A stretch of 64,000 bases of DNA from Clostridia bacterium (lineage in GTDB: Bacteria; Bacillota; Clostridia; Oscillospirales; Acutalibacteraceae). Position numbers and translations under genes: made by a program. A model generated the notes under the pieces. It saw nothing but the letters and a program-made list of their open reading frames with translations. It ran no database searches and was not told the DNA's origin. Below are positions 1 through 9,471 of the stretch, in pieces. The stretch lies in contig JAFQKN010000102.1 of NCBI GenBank assembly GCA_017396895.1, positions 3,472 to 67,471 of the forward strand, given 5' to 3'. The first letter of the stretch is position 1. Every line of letters begins with the position of its first letter.

Positions 1-582
1 GCAGACCAAAGTGTTGCTCAAAGAGCCGAGCGTCTGTTTCTCTATGTGCAATTGTTCGGTGCGCAGACGTCTGCGTAATAGTGTTACGTTGTCTTTAAAA
101 AAATCCGTAAAGCCTTCGTGTGAACCCTTTTCCTGTTGCTCCGTGGTCGGTTCCGTGACCGCACGTCTTGCAAAGATCGGTGCGTTGAAGCATACGCAGG
201 TCGTACATTCGTCCGCAAAGAAAACGAGACTTCCTGCGATGAGATGCTGTATGACTTCACTCATTGTGCTGACCATGGCGCGCTCAATGCCTTCATAGAG
301 GATGTCATACAGTACGTCAATCGCATCTTCTTTTTTGCAGTCAAGCGGTTGGGAAAGAGGACGGATCACGCTTTGCGACAGAAACAAACGATCACACATC
401 CCGTCCAGAAAGGCGGCAGTGTACTGTATTTCTCCGCAATTGATTTCGCGGAACATCAGGTCAAAACTGTTGCCGAATAATTGTAACAGAAGCTGTTTGT
501 TTGTGTGTGCCGACGGGCTGATGATATCTGTGTTCCGGTCTTTGGGACGGTCTGGCGGGTTCTTTGTGTTCTCGGGTTTCAA
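1..582 (-). CDS. spore germination protein, GerA/GerKA/SpoVAF family (N-terminal part; the gene runs off the window start)
   Basis: Absent from the ORF track because it is open-ended. The reverse frame ending at nt 1 reads M(TTG 582-580)KPENTKNPPDRPKDRNTDIISPSAHTNKQLLLQLFGNSFDLMFREINCGEIQYTAAFLDGMCDRLFLSQSVIRPL...EQQEKGSHEGFTDFFKDNVTLLRRRLRTEQLHIEKQTLG. This is the typical N-terminal layout of GerA-family A subunits (FxDLxxR, FLDG, GxxEGFxExxxxNxxLLRRR). GGGAG lies 8 nt upstream of the TTG. Confidence 0.7.
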   Translation of the reverse strand, partial: MKPENTKNPPDRPKDRNTDIISPSAHTNKQLLLQLFGNSFDLMFREINCGEIQYTAAFLDGMCDRLFLSQSVIRPLSQPLDCKKEDAIDVLYDILYEGIERAMVSTMSEVIQHLIAGSLVFFADECTTCVCFNAPIFARRAVTEPTTEQQEKGSHEGFTDFFKDNVTLLRRRLRTEQLHIEKQTLGSLSNTLVC

Positions 583-730
583 AATAAATCACTCCCGGAA
601 ATAGGTATTTCCGAAAATCGGTTGGTTATACTTGAGAATAGGGCGAAAGACCGAAAAGACTTAAAAGAACCGTTTTCGGGCGGGTTCGGATTATACCTGT
701 CACCACAGGGTGACAATGGGGAGGCACGTT

Positions 731-1411
731 ATGTTGACCGTATTCATCAGAACGGTTTTTTTGTTTATCGTCATTATTCTTGTCATGCGGCTGATGGGAA
801 AAAGACAGATCGGGCAGTTGCAACCTGCCGAACTGGTTGTAACCATTTTGCTTTCGGAAGTTGCGGCAACGCCGATGCAGGACAGGAATATTCCGTTGTT
901 GTATTCATTGCTTTCATTGCTGTTGCTGACCGGATTTGAACTGTTGTTGTCTTTTGTTGCTTTGAAGAATTCAAAGGTGCGCACGGTTTTACAGGGGAAC
1001 AGTGTTGAGATCATCAAAGACGGAAATATCAACTATGATGAGATCAAAAAACTGCGTTATTCCATGGATGATATCCTGGAAGCACTCCGTCAGAAAGATA
1101 TTTTTGACATTTCACAGGTTGAATATGCGGTTGCTGAAACAAACGGCAGTTTGAGCGTGTTGCTCAAGCCTGCATATCGAGTTCCGTCAGCGGCAGATCT
1201 GCGGGTGCGTATTGTTGATACGGGTGTGCCCAAGACGATCATCGTTGACGGCGAAGTGCTGCAGACGGGGTTACAGGAATGCGGAATGACGCAAGCGCAG
1301 GTTGGGGACAAATTGAAAAAAAAGAAACTGACGGTCGATCAGGTCTTGCTGATGACGTGTGATGAAAGCGGACGCATCGTGTTGTTCGGAAAGGACGGAA
1401 AACAATGTTGA
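731..1411 (+). CDS. DUF421 (YetF-like) membrane protein
   Basis: MLTVFIRTVFLFIVIILVMRLMGKRQIGQLQPAELVVTILLSEVAA... followed by a soluble C-terminal domain, the characteristic DUF421 layout. GGGGAGG lies 7 nt upstream of ATG 731. The ORF-track start at 710 is a GTG with no RBS. Confidence 0.8.
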   Translation: MLTVFIRTVFLFIVIILVMRLMGKRQIGQLQPAELVVTILLSEVAATPMQDRNIPLLYSLLSLLLLTGFELLLSFVALKNSKVRTVLQGNSVEIIKDGNINYDEIKKLRYSMDDILEALRQKDIFDISQVEYAVAETNGSLSVLLKPAYRVPSAADLRVRIVDTGVPKTIIVDGEVLQTGLQECGMTQAQVGDKLKKKKLTVDQVLLMTCDESGRIVLFGKDGKQC

Positions 1412-1773
1412 ACTGGCGGTTTGCTGTGGCTGTCGCGCTCATCGCGGCCGCTTTTTTATTGGCGGTCGGCGGGCATATTTCGGTTAATCATACTTTGGCA
1501 CAGTTGAAGCAAGATCTGACGGATGCTTTAACAAACAACGCATCAACAGAGTCGGTTGCACGGTTGATTTCCTTTTGGGAACAACAGAAAACAAAACTGT
1601 CTTATTTTGTTGAACACGAGTATCTTGCAACGCTCAACGATGCGTTTGCGGACTTGAAAATTGCACGCAAAGACGAAGAACTGCAGAAAATGGAGACAGA
1701 TCTACACAAAATTATTCTGCTTGTTGAACAACTTCTTGAAACGGAAAAAAATACCGTCGGCAATTTCTTCTGA
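1405..1773 (+). CDS. DUF4363-like small membrane-anchored protein
   Basis: N-terminal TM helix (FAVAVALIAAAFLLAVGG) followed by a helical domain. The start overlaps the stop of the DUF421 gene by 7 nt. DUF421-DUF4363 is a common Firmicute gene pair. Confidence 0.55.
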   Translation: MLNWRFAVAVALIAAAFLLAVGGHISVNHTLAQLKQDLTDALTNNASTESVARLISFWEQQKTKLSYFVEHEYLATLNDAFADLKIARKDEELQKMETDLHKIILLVEQLLETEKNTVGNFF

Positions 1774-1856
1774 AAAATGATAAAAAGTGCTTGCCTTTTA
1801 TAAGTTTATAATATATAATCTATGAATGAGTATTTATGTTCATTCGGAGGCTTGTT

Positions 1857-3281
1857 TTGGAACTGCAAAAGGCATCTTCGGTATCTTTGGCCGAAGTTAC
1901 GAAACAGAAAGAATATATTGAATTGACCGCTACCGTTCTGCGTGCGAGATTCGGTCATGAAACGCCCAAAGCCTTTGTGCATACCTACGGGTGCCAGGGA
2001 AACGTGTCGGACTCCGAGCGTATGAAAGGTTTGCTCGCGGCCTGCGGCTATGCGTTTTGCGAACGCGCGGAAGACGCCGACTTTGTTTTGTTTAACACCT
2101 GTGCGGTACGTGAGCACGCAGAAGACCGAGTGTTCGGTAATTGCGGCGCACTTAAACCGCTGAAAGAAAAGAAGCCCCATATGATCATTGCTCTTTGCGG
2201 CTGTATGATGCAGCAGGAGCACATTGCAAATCGCATCAGAAAGAGTTACCCCTTTGTCAATCTTGTGTTCGGCACCTTTGCTTTTCACCGTTTGCCCGAA
2301 TTGCTATATAAAGTGCTCACAAGCGGCAAACGTGTGTTTGAGACAGATGAGACGAAAGGCATGATCGTTGAAGGTTTGCCCGTTCACAGAGATCGCAGTG
2401 TCAAAGCTTGGCTGCCTGTCATGTACGGATGCGACAATTTCTGCAGTTACTGCATCGTGCCTTACGTCAGAGGCCGTGAGCGAAGCCGCACCCCGCAGGC
2501 AGTTCTCGAAGAAGCAAAACAGCTCATTGCAGACGGAGCAAAAGAGATCACCTTACTCGGTCAGAATGTCAATTCTTACGGTAAAGGTCTGCAGGAGAAT
2601 ATCAATTTTCCCGAGTTGCTTCGCAGGCTCAATGCCTTGGAAGGGGATTTTATCATTCGCTTTATGACCTCGCATCCCAAAGATTGCACCAAAGAACTTT
2701 TGGATACGATGGCGGAATGCGAAAAATGTGCCCGTCATCTGCATTTGCCCGTGCAATCGGGAAACAACAGAATTCTGTCGGAAATGAACCGCCGCTACAC
2801 AAGAGAACATTATCTTGAACTCATCCGCTATGCAAGAAGTGTGATGCCCGATATTTCTCTGACCACAGACATTATTACGGGATTCCCCGGAGAAACGTAT
2901 GAGGAATTCCTCGATACCGTATCCCTTGTGCGCGAAGTGAATTACACGTCCATGTTCACATTCATTTATTCACCACGCAAAGGTACGAAAGCGGCGGAAA
3001 TGGACGATCCCGTACCGTATGAGGAAAAATCACGTTGGATGCGTGAACTGCTTGCCGTACAAGAGGAGATCGCCGCAAAACGAACCGCATCTATGGTCGG
3101 TAAAGTTTTTCGCGTGTTGGTGGAAGATCAGACGCGGGAAAAAGACGGTCTGCTGACCGGCCGCACCGCAGGCAATGTCAACATTGATTTTGCGGGTGAA
3201 GCATCGCTTGTCGGGACGTTCTGTTTTGTCAGAGTGACGCAAGCGGGAAATTGGATCCTTCACGGTGAACGTGTGGAATAA
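1857..3281 (+). CDS. miaB: tRNA-2-methylthio-N6-dimethylallyladenosine synthase (radical SAM methylthiotransferase)
   Basis: FVHTYGCQGNVSDSE (MTTase N-domain Cys), MYGCDNFCSYCIVPYVRGRERS (CxxxCxxC radical SAM motif) and a C-terminal TRAM-like region. GGAGG lies 6 nt upstream of the in-frame TTG at 1857. ATG 1836 (ORF track) has no RBS, so the start is uncertain by 21 nt. Confidence 0.93.
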   Translation: MELQKASSVSLAEVTKQKEYIELTATVLRARFGHETPKAFVHTYGCQGNVSDSERMKGLLAACGYAFCERAEDADFVLFNTCAVREHAEDRVFGNCGALKPLKEKKPHMIIALCGCMMQQEHIANRIRKSYPFVNLVFGTFAFHRLPELLYKVLTSGKRVFETDETKGMIVEGLPVHRDRSVKAWLPVMYGCDNFCSYCIVPYVRGRERSRTPQAVLEEAKQLIADGAKEITLLGQNVNSYGKGLQENINFPELLRRLNALEGDFIIRFMTSHPKDCTKELLDTMAECEKCARHLHLPVQSGNNRILSEMNRRYTREHYLELIRYARSVMPDISLTTDIITGFPGETYEEFLDTVSLVREVNYTSMFTFIYSPRKGTKAAEMDDPVPYEEKSRWMRELLAVQEEIAAKRTASMVGKVFRVLVEDQTREKDGLLTGRTAGNVNIDFAGEASLVGTFCFVRVTQAGNWILHGERVE

Positions 3282-3318
3282 AAAATGAAATCAAAAAAAA
3301 GAAACGGAGAACAAAAAA

Positions 3319-3732
3319 ATGGATGTTATCGCATTAACAAGACAACTCGGTGCTGCTATTCAGCAGGATGCCAGATATGCAGACTATATGAAAGCCAAGG
3401 CCGCAAACGAGGCTGACGACAATCTCAATGCCCTCATCGGCAAACTGAATCTTCTGCAACTGTCTTATCAGACCGAAGCACAGAAGGAAGATGCCGACGA
3501 AGCAAAGTTGGCCGCTTACGATGAAGACTTCCGTAAACTGTACGGCGAAGTCATGCTCAATGAAAATATGCGCAACTACGAAAATGCACGTCAGAGCGTG
3601 GACGATATGATGAACTACATCATTCAGATCCTTTCCCTTTGTGTGAACGGCGAAGATCCCGCAACCTGCGAACCTGCACCCGAAGGCGGATCCTGCACGG
3701 GTTCGTGCTCCACTTGCGGCGGATGCGGCTGA
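3319..3732 (+). CDS. YlbF/YmcA-family regulator-like protein with a C-terminal Cys cluster
   Basis: LGAAIQQDARYADYMKAKAANEADDNLNALIGKLNLLQ is a YlbF-like helical N-terminus. The protein ends CEPAPEGGSCTGSCSTCGGCG. Confidence 0.65.
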   Translation: MDVIALTRQLGAAIQQDARYADYMKAKAANEADDNLNALIGKLNLLQLSYQTEAQKEDADEAKLAAYDEDFRKLYGEVMLNENMRNYENARQSVDDMMNYIIQILSLCVNGEDPATCEPAPEGGSCTGSCSTCGGCG

Positions 3733-3774
3733 TCGTATAAAGAAGAATGAAAACAGGAAAGGAGGCGGTCAAAA

Positions 3775-6390
3775 ATGGCTGAATACACCCCGATGATGCG
3801 CCAGTATTTCAAAATCAAAGAACAGCATAAGGATGAGATCCTTTTTTACCGCCTCGGCGATTTTTATGAAATGTTCTTTGACGATGCCATCACGGTGTCC
3901 AGAGAACTTGAACTTGTGCTCACGGGCAGAGAATGCGGTCAGCCCGAACGTGCCCCCATGTGCGGTGTTCCGTTTCATGCGGCGGATACATATATCGGAC
4001 GTCTGATCGCAAAGGGCTACAAGGTTGCCGTTTGTGAACAGACCGAAGATCCGGCACAGGCAAAAGGGTTGGTCGAACGCGATATCGTGCGTATCGTCAC
4101 CCCCGGTACCGTCACTGAAAGCGGTATGCTTGACGAATCCAAAAATAACTATCTGGCCTGTGTCTATATGAATGCGGCGGCTGCAGGACTGTGCTTCTGC
4201 GATGTTTCCACGGGTGCAATGTTTGCCTGTGAACTGCAAGGGGCGGACCGATTGGCTGAACGCGCGGTCAATGAACTTGCCAAGTTTATGCCGACGGAGA
4301 TCTTGCTGAGCGAGCAGGCATCGGCAGACAAAACGCTCAGTACCTATATCAGCAGAAAAATGAACGTGTCCGCATCGGTGATCGCTGAAAGCGCATTTGA
4401 TCTGTCTGCCTGTGCCGAGCGTACGCAGAATCAGTTCAAGACGAGTTTGGCTGAGTTGGGACTTGACAATAAAGTCTGTGCGGTCTGTGCGGTGGGTGAA
4501 ACACTCGCATATCTGCACAATACGCAACGCAATGACCTGTCGGGCATTGTCAGCGTGTCAGTCTATACGCAGGACAAGTTTATGAAACTCGATGCCGCGG
4601 CAAGGCGCAATCTGGAACTGACCGAAAACGAACGCCGCAGAGAAAAGAAAGGCTCTTTGCTTTGGGTGTTGGATAAAACAAAAACCGCCATGGGTAAGCG
4701 TATGCTTCGTTCATGGCTGGAACAACCGCTTGTCAGTGTCGGGCCGATCACACAGCGACAGAATGCGGTCGGTGAACTGTATGAAGATACCGCACTGCGC
4801 ATGGCTCTGACCGATGTGCTTTCCGATATCAACGACCTTGAACGCATCGTCACACGCATTCTGTACGGTACGGCAAACGCCAAAGAGTTGCGTGCGTTGT
4901 CGGTCACGCTTGCACAGCTACCTGCTTTCAAAGGGTATCTGGCGAATACAAAAAGCAATCTTTTGCGTGACCTTGCAAAACGCATTGATCCCTTGCCCGA
5001 ACTGCAGCGATTGATCGATGATGCCATTGACGATGATCCGCCGTTTTCCGTGCGTGAAGGCGGCATGATCCGCAACGGTTATAATGCAGAACTTGATGAA
5101 CTGCGCAAGATCGAAAGCGGCGGAAAAACTTACATAGAAGAAATTGAAAACCGCGAACGCGAACGCACCGGAATTAAAAAGCTCAAAGTCGGTTACAACC
5201 GTGTGTTTGGGTACTACATTGAAGTGAGCAATCAATTCAAAGAGAACGTGCCCGACGATTATATCCGCAAACAGACGCTTGTCAACGGCGAACGCTTTAT
5301 CACAAGTGAACTCAAAGACCTTGAAGCCAAGGTGCTCGGTGCCCGCGAACGCATTTGCAGGCTGGAATTTGAACTGTTTAGTTTTGTCCGTCAGCAGGCG
5401 GCTGACGCGCAACTTGCGATTCGTGACACCGCAGAAGCACTTGCACAGATCGACGTGTTGTGTTCCTTTGCAAAAGTGGCTTCCGACAACGGTTATACAA
5501 GACCGATCGTAGATCTTTCGGATCACATCATTATCAAAGAAGGCAGACATCCCGTGGTCGAGAAATATCTCGATGACGTTCCGTTTGTCCCGAATGATAC
5601 GTTGCTTGATTGCAATGAAAACCGCAGTGCGTTGATAACAGGGCCGAATATGGCGGGTAAATCTACTTATATGCGTCAGATTGCACTCATTGTCATTATG
5701 GCACAGATCGGTTCGTTCGTACCTGCATCTTCTGCCGAAATCGGCATTGTGGATGCCGTGTACACCCGCGTGGGTGCTTCCGACGACCTCGCGGCGGGAC
5801 AATCCACGTTTATGACCGAAATGAGTGAAGTAGCATCCATTTTGTCCGACGCTACGGCGAAAAGCCTTGTGATTTTGGACGAGATCGGCCGCGGCACTTC
5901 CACCTTTGACGGTATGAGTATTGCAAGAGCCGTGCTTGAATATACAAACGACCGAAAGAAGATCGGCTGTAAAACACTCTTTGCAACCCATTACCACGAA
6001 CTTACCGAAATGGAAAATGAGTTGCAGGGAATCAAGAATTACAACACCTGTGTTAAAAAACGCGGTGATGAAATTACCTTCCTGCGCCGCATCGTTCGCG
6101 GAACTGCGGACGGCAGTTACGGTATTGAAGTGGCATTGCTGGCAGGTATTCCCAAAGCCGTTGTCAATCGCGCAAAAGTAATTCTTAAACAACTTGAAGC
6201 GCAGGATACGGGCGGACTGCAAAGCACGCCTGTGTTGCGTAGCGAACCTGTTGAACAGGAAACGCAATTGTCTTTTATGGCAGGCCAAAACGATGCCTTG
6301 CTGGAGGAGATCCGCGCGTTGGATATTAACACCCTGACGCCCATTGAAGCACTCACCAAACTGTATGAGTTAAAACGAAAACTCGGTTAA
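3775..6390 (+). CDS. mutS: DNA mismatch repair protein MutS
   Basis: TPMMRQYFKIKEQHKDEILFYRLGDFYEMFFDDA (mismatch-binding domain), Walker A ITGPNMAGKSTYMRQ, STFMTEM, DEIGRGTST. Confidence 0.98.
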   Translation: MAEYTPMMRQYFKIKEQHKDEILFYRLGDFYEMFFDDAITVSRELELVLTGRECGQPERAPMCGVPFHAADTYIGRLIAKGYKVAVCEQTEDPAQAKGLVERDIVRIVTPGTVTESGMLDESKNNYLACVYMNAAAAGLCFCDVSTGAMFACELQGADRLAERAVNELAKFMPTEILLSEQASADKTLSTYISRKMNVSASVIAESAFDLSACAERTQNQFKTSLAELGLDNKVCAVCAVGETLAYLHNTQRNDLSGIVSVSVYTQDKFMKLDAAARRNLELTENERRREKKGSLLWVLDKTKTAMGKRMLRSWLEQPLVSVGPITQRQNAVGELYEDTALRMALTDVLSDINDLERIVTRILYGTANAKELRALSVTLAQLPAFKGYLANTKSNLLRDLAKRIDPLPELQRLIDDAIDDDPPFSVREGGMIRNGYNAELDELRKIESGGKTYIEEIENRERERTGIKKLKVGYNRVFGYYIEVSNQFKENVPDDYIRKQTLVNGERFITSELKDLEAKVLGARERICRLEFELFSFVRQQAADAQLAIRDTAEALAQIDVLCSFAKVASDNGYTRPIVDLSDHIIIKEGRHPVVEKYLDDVPFVPNDTLLDCNENRSALITGPNMAGKSTYMRQIALIVIMAQIGSFVPASSAEIGIVDAVYTRVGASDDLAAGQSTFMTEMSEVASILSDATAKSLVILDEIGRGTSTFDGMSIARAVLEYTNDRKKIGCKTLFATHYHELTEMENELQGIKNYNTCVKKRGDEITFLRRIVRGTADGSYGIEVALLAGIPKAVVNRAKVILKQLEAQDTGGLQSTPVLRSEPVEQETQLSFMAGQNDALLEEIRALDINTLTPIEALTKLYELKRKLG

Positions 6391-6430
6391 TCTTTTATTT
6401 TAATTATTTCCGAACAAAGGAGGATGTGCA

Positions 6431-8494
6431 ATGCCCAAGATCAATGTGTTACCAAAAGAAATATATTCGCTGATCGCGGCAGGTGAAGTCGTTGAACGCC
6501 CATCCTCCGTTGTGAAGGAAATGCTTGAAAACTCCATTGATGCAGGCGCAAAGCGCATTACCGTGGAGATCCGTTCGGGCGGCACCGTATTTCTCCGTGT
6601 GACGGATGACGGTTGCGGAATCGCTCCTGAAGACGTGGCCAATGCGTTTGTCAGCCATGCCACCAGTAAAATTTCAGTTGCAGACGATCTGGATGCCATT
6701 ATGACGCTCGGTTTCCGTGGGGAAGCCCTTGCATCCGTCGCCGCCGTTTCCCGTGTGGAAATGCTCACAAGAATGCCCGAAAAAGAATTCGGTACAAGAT
6801 ACGTGATCGAATGCGGTGAAGAAAAGGTCAAGGAAGAAAGCGGTTGCCCCGTCGGCACCACCATCATCGTGCGCGACCTGTTCTGCAACACGCCCGCAAG
6901 AATGAAGTTTTTGCGCAAGGATACGACCGAAGCCAACTATGTAGCGGATGTGGTCACGAAAGTGGCTCTGTCCCATCCCGAAATTTCTTTCCGTTTGATT
7001 CGTGACGGAAAACAAACCGTTCAAACTCCCGGAAGCGGAAAACTGTATGATGCTGTTTTTGCGCTTTTCGGCAGAGAATTTGCGGAAGGTCTTGCTCCTT
7101 GTTCCTATGAACTTGACGGGATCCGCATCAGCGGATTCGTTACGAAACCTCTTTTCGGCAGACCGAACCGCAATATGCAGTATTTCTATGTCAACAACCG
7201 CTATGTGCGTATGCCGACCGCATCAGCGGCCTTGGACGAAGCCTACAAGAATAGTATCATGGTCGGCAAATTTCCGGGAGCCGTATTGCAAGTTGAAATT
7301 GCCCCCGGCAGTGTGGATGTCAACGTACATCCCGCCAAAACCGAAATTCGATTTTCCAATGACCGTCGGGTTTTTGAAGCGGTCTATTATGCCGCAAAAT
7401 CTGCCCTTGCAAAAGGAGATACCCGACCTTCGTTTTCTGTAAATAAAACCGATCTCCGACCTGCCGTCCCCCAAACGCAGGGAACGCAGATGTCCATGCA
7501 GGACAGAACGCAGGCAACATGGGGAGCAGCCGTTTCGCAAAGCAAAAAAGAAACGGTGCAACCGCAAGCGGCAGTTCCGTATACGCCTCCCGCGCAGGCA
7601 CAGATGCCGCCTGTCATAACACAGACACCGCCTGTTGTCGAAAAGACAGATCTTTTGGACGCGGTTGAAGAAACACCGAAAACAGCAACACCCGAAGAAA
7701 ACACTGCTGCTTCGGCAGGCGGATTTCAGAGTTCGCTGACGCCTTTGCCGCTGTCACAGCGTACAAACGCACCCAAACCACCGATTGAATTGCACGACAG
7801 TGCACCCTCTTTTGCCGAAACCGCAAGAGAGATCATGGCTGAAAAACAACAGCCGCAAACGGTTGCAACAGCCGTATCTCCGACCGAGCCGATCGTTCGG
7901 GAAGATGTGAAAGCCGAGACGGAAATTCCTTTGCGCGTGATCGGAGAACTGTTCAAAACATACATTCTTGCCGAATACGGCAATAAATTTGTCATTTGCG
8001 ATAAACATGCCGCACATGAACGGATTTTGTTTGAAAAAATCAGGAAAAATGCCCAAACGGGGAACATACAGATGCTTTTAGCACCTGTTCGTGTCGCCTT
8101 GAGTGGAGCCGAATACGATGCCGTGCTCGAAAATCTGCAACTGTTTGAAAAAGCAGGTTACATGGTAGAAGATTTCGGTGTCGGTACCGTGATCGTCCGC
8201 GGGGCGCCGTTGGAACTTGCGCATTCCGATATTTCTTCGCTTGTCTGTGAGCTGGCAGGCGAACTGAAAAAAGGGAAACTCTCCATGATGCCCGAGCGAT
8301 TGGATTGGCTGTATCACAATACTGCCTGCCGAGCCGCCGTGAAAGCGGGGGATTCCACCAATACGGCCGAACAGGAGATCCTGCTGCGTACGGTTTTGTC
8401 TGATGACTCTATCCGTTATTGTCCCCACGGCAGGCCCGTTTTGACCGAAATTACCAGACACGAACTGGAAAAGCAGTTCGGACGTCTCGGATGA
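6431..8494 (+). CDS. mutL: DNA mismatch repair protein MutL
   Basis: IAAGEVVERPSSVVKEMLENSIDAGA (GHKL ATPase), LGFRGEAL, and a C-terminal endonuclease region DKHAAHERILFE. Confidence 0.98.
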   Translation: MPKINVLPKEIYSLIAAGEVVERPSSVVKEMLENSIDAGAKRITVEIRSGGTVFLRVTDDGCGIAPEDVANAFVSHATSKISVADDLDAIMTLGFRGEALASVAAVSRVEMLTRMPEKEFGTRYVIECGEEKVKEESGCPVGTTIIVRDLFCNTPARMKFLRKDTTEANYVADVVTKVALSHPEISFRLIRDGKQTVQTPGSGKLYDAVFALFGREFAEGLAPCSYELDGIRISGFVTKPLFGRPNRNMQYFYVNNRYVRMPTASAALDEAYKNSIMVGKFPGAVLQVEIAPGSVDVNVHPAKTEIRFSNDRRVFEAVYYAAKSALAKGDTRPSFSVNKTDLRPAVPQTQGTQMSMQDRTQATWGAAVSQSKKETVQPQAAVPYTPPAQAQMPPVITQTPPVVEKTDLLDAVEETPKTATPEENTAASAGGFQSSLTPLPLSQRTNAPKPPIELHDSAPSFAETAREIMAEKQQPQTVATAVSPTEPIVREDVKAETEIPLRVIGELFKTYILAEYGNKFVICDKHAAHERILFEKIRKNAQTGNIQMLLAPVRVALSGAEYDAVLENLQLFEKAGYMVEDFGVGTVIVRGAPLELAHSDISSLVCELAGELKKGKLSMMPERLDWLYHNTACRAAVKAGDSTNTAEQEILLRTVLSDDSIRYCPHGRPVLTEITRHELEKQFGRLG

Positions 8495-8518
8495 ACTTAC
8501 TTGATACACAGAGGTATT

Positions 8519-9466
8519 ATGACGAAAATTCCCGTGATTGCCGTTGTCGGTCCCACCGCATCGGGCAAAACCGCATTGGCGGTCGCCATTGCACAAAAAT
8601 ACAACGGTGAAGTGGTTTCCGCTGATTCCATGCAGATCTACAAAGGCATGGATATTGCAACAGCCAAACCGACCGCCGAAGAAATGAAAGGCATTGTGCA
8701 TCATCTGATCGGTTTTGTCGAACCGAATGAGAAGTACAGTGTTGCGCGATACATTGAAGATGCAAGCCGTGTGATTGCTGATATTCATGCAAGAAACAAA
8801 GTACCCGTACTTTGCGGCGGCACAGGTTTATATGTAGATTCTTTGCTCAATAACATACAGTTTGAAGAAGAACCCGATAACAGGGAAATGCGCACCCGTT
8901 TGCAGGAACGGTTGAAGAATGAAGGGGCGCAGGTTTTGTTGAACGAACTGATGCAGATCGATCCCGAAGCCGCATCCGTTCTGCATCCGAATAATACGGG
9001 ACGCATTATCCGTGCATTGGAAGTGTATTACCTCACAGGGGAGACCGCAACCGAACGCAGAAACCGATCTTTGATGCAACCGAGTCCTTATGAACCTTGC
9101 TATATTGCACTGCATTTTCCCGATCGTGATTATCTGTATGAACGAATTGATGCGCGTGTGGATGTTATGTTGCAAACGGGACTTGAAGAAGAAGCAAGAG
9201 CCTTTCTTGCCCGTGAAGATGCCGATACTGCCGCACAAGCCATCGGCTGCAAAGAACTGCGCGGTTGGTTTGACGGAACAATTACCAAAGAAGAAGCCGT
9301 TGAAAACCTGAAGCGTGAAACTCGGCGTTATGCAAAACGCCAAATGACGTGGTTCAGAAGAAATCAAAACATTCATTATGTTAACAGGCTGCGCGAGGAC
9401 AGCGCAGAGAGTATTGCTCAAAAAGCATTTATTATAATAGAAAACAGCTCAATCTTGAAAGGATAA
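8519..9466 (+). CDS. miaA: tRNA dimethylallyltransferase
   Basis: IAVVGPTASGKTALAVAIA (P-loop), SADSMQIYKGMDIATAKPT, HHLIGF, RRYAKRQMTWFR. ATG 8519 is preferred over the upstream TTG at 8501. Confidence 0.95.
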   Translation: MTKIPVIAVVGPTASGKTALAVAIAQKYNGEVVSADSMQIYKGMDIATAKPTAEEMKGIVHHLIGFVEPNEKYSVARYIEDASRVIADIHARNKVPVLCGGTGLYVDSLLNNIQFEEEPDNREMRTRLQERLKNEGAQVLLNELMQIDPEAASVLHPNNTGRIIRALEVYYLTGETATERRNRSLMQPSPYEPCYIALHFPDRDYLYERIDARVDVMLQTGLEEEARAFLAREDADTAAQAIGCKELRGWFDGTITKEEAVENLKRETRRYAKRQMTWFRRNQNIHYVNRLREDSAESIAQKAFIIIENSSILKG

Positions 9467-9471
9467 TCAGA

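Noticed and set aside
11-604. Three overlapping plus-strand ORFs (11-298, 136-480, 302-604) listed in the ORF track at the window start.
   Set aside because: The opposite strand carries an open-ended frame with clear GerA-family motifs, an RBS and a TTG start at 582. The plus-strand products are Cys/Arg/Ser-rich nonsense.
4918-6288. Long antisense ORFs opposite highly conserved genes. This 456-aa one lies opposite mutS. Similar ones are 9559-10737, 16844-18175, 18455-19684, 24951-25811, 44738-45580, 49457-50203, 51122-52021 and 58218-59624.
   Set aside because: The signature is the same in every case. The composition is odd and there are no motifs or translation signals. Each lies entirely within a gene whose sense product is clearly recognisable (mutS, tkt, rhaA, fba, pflB, lacZ-like and others). 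They are treated as non-coding shadow ORFs.
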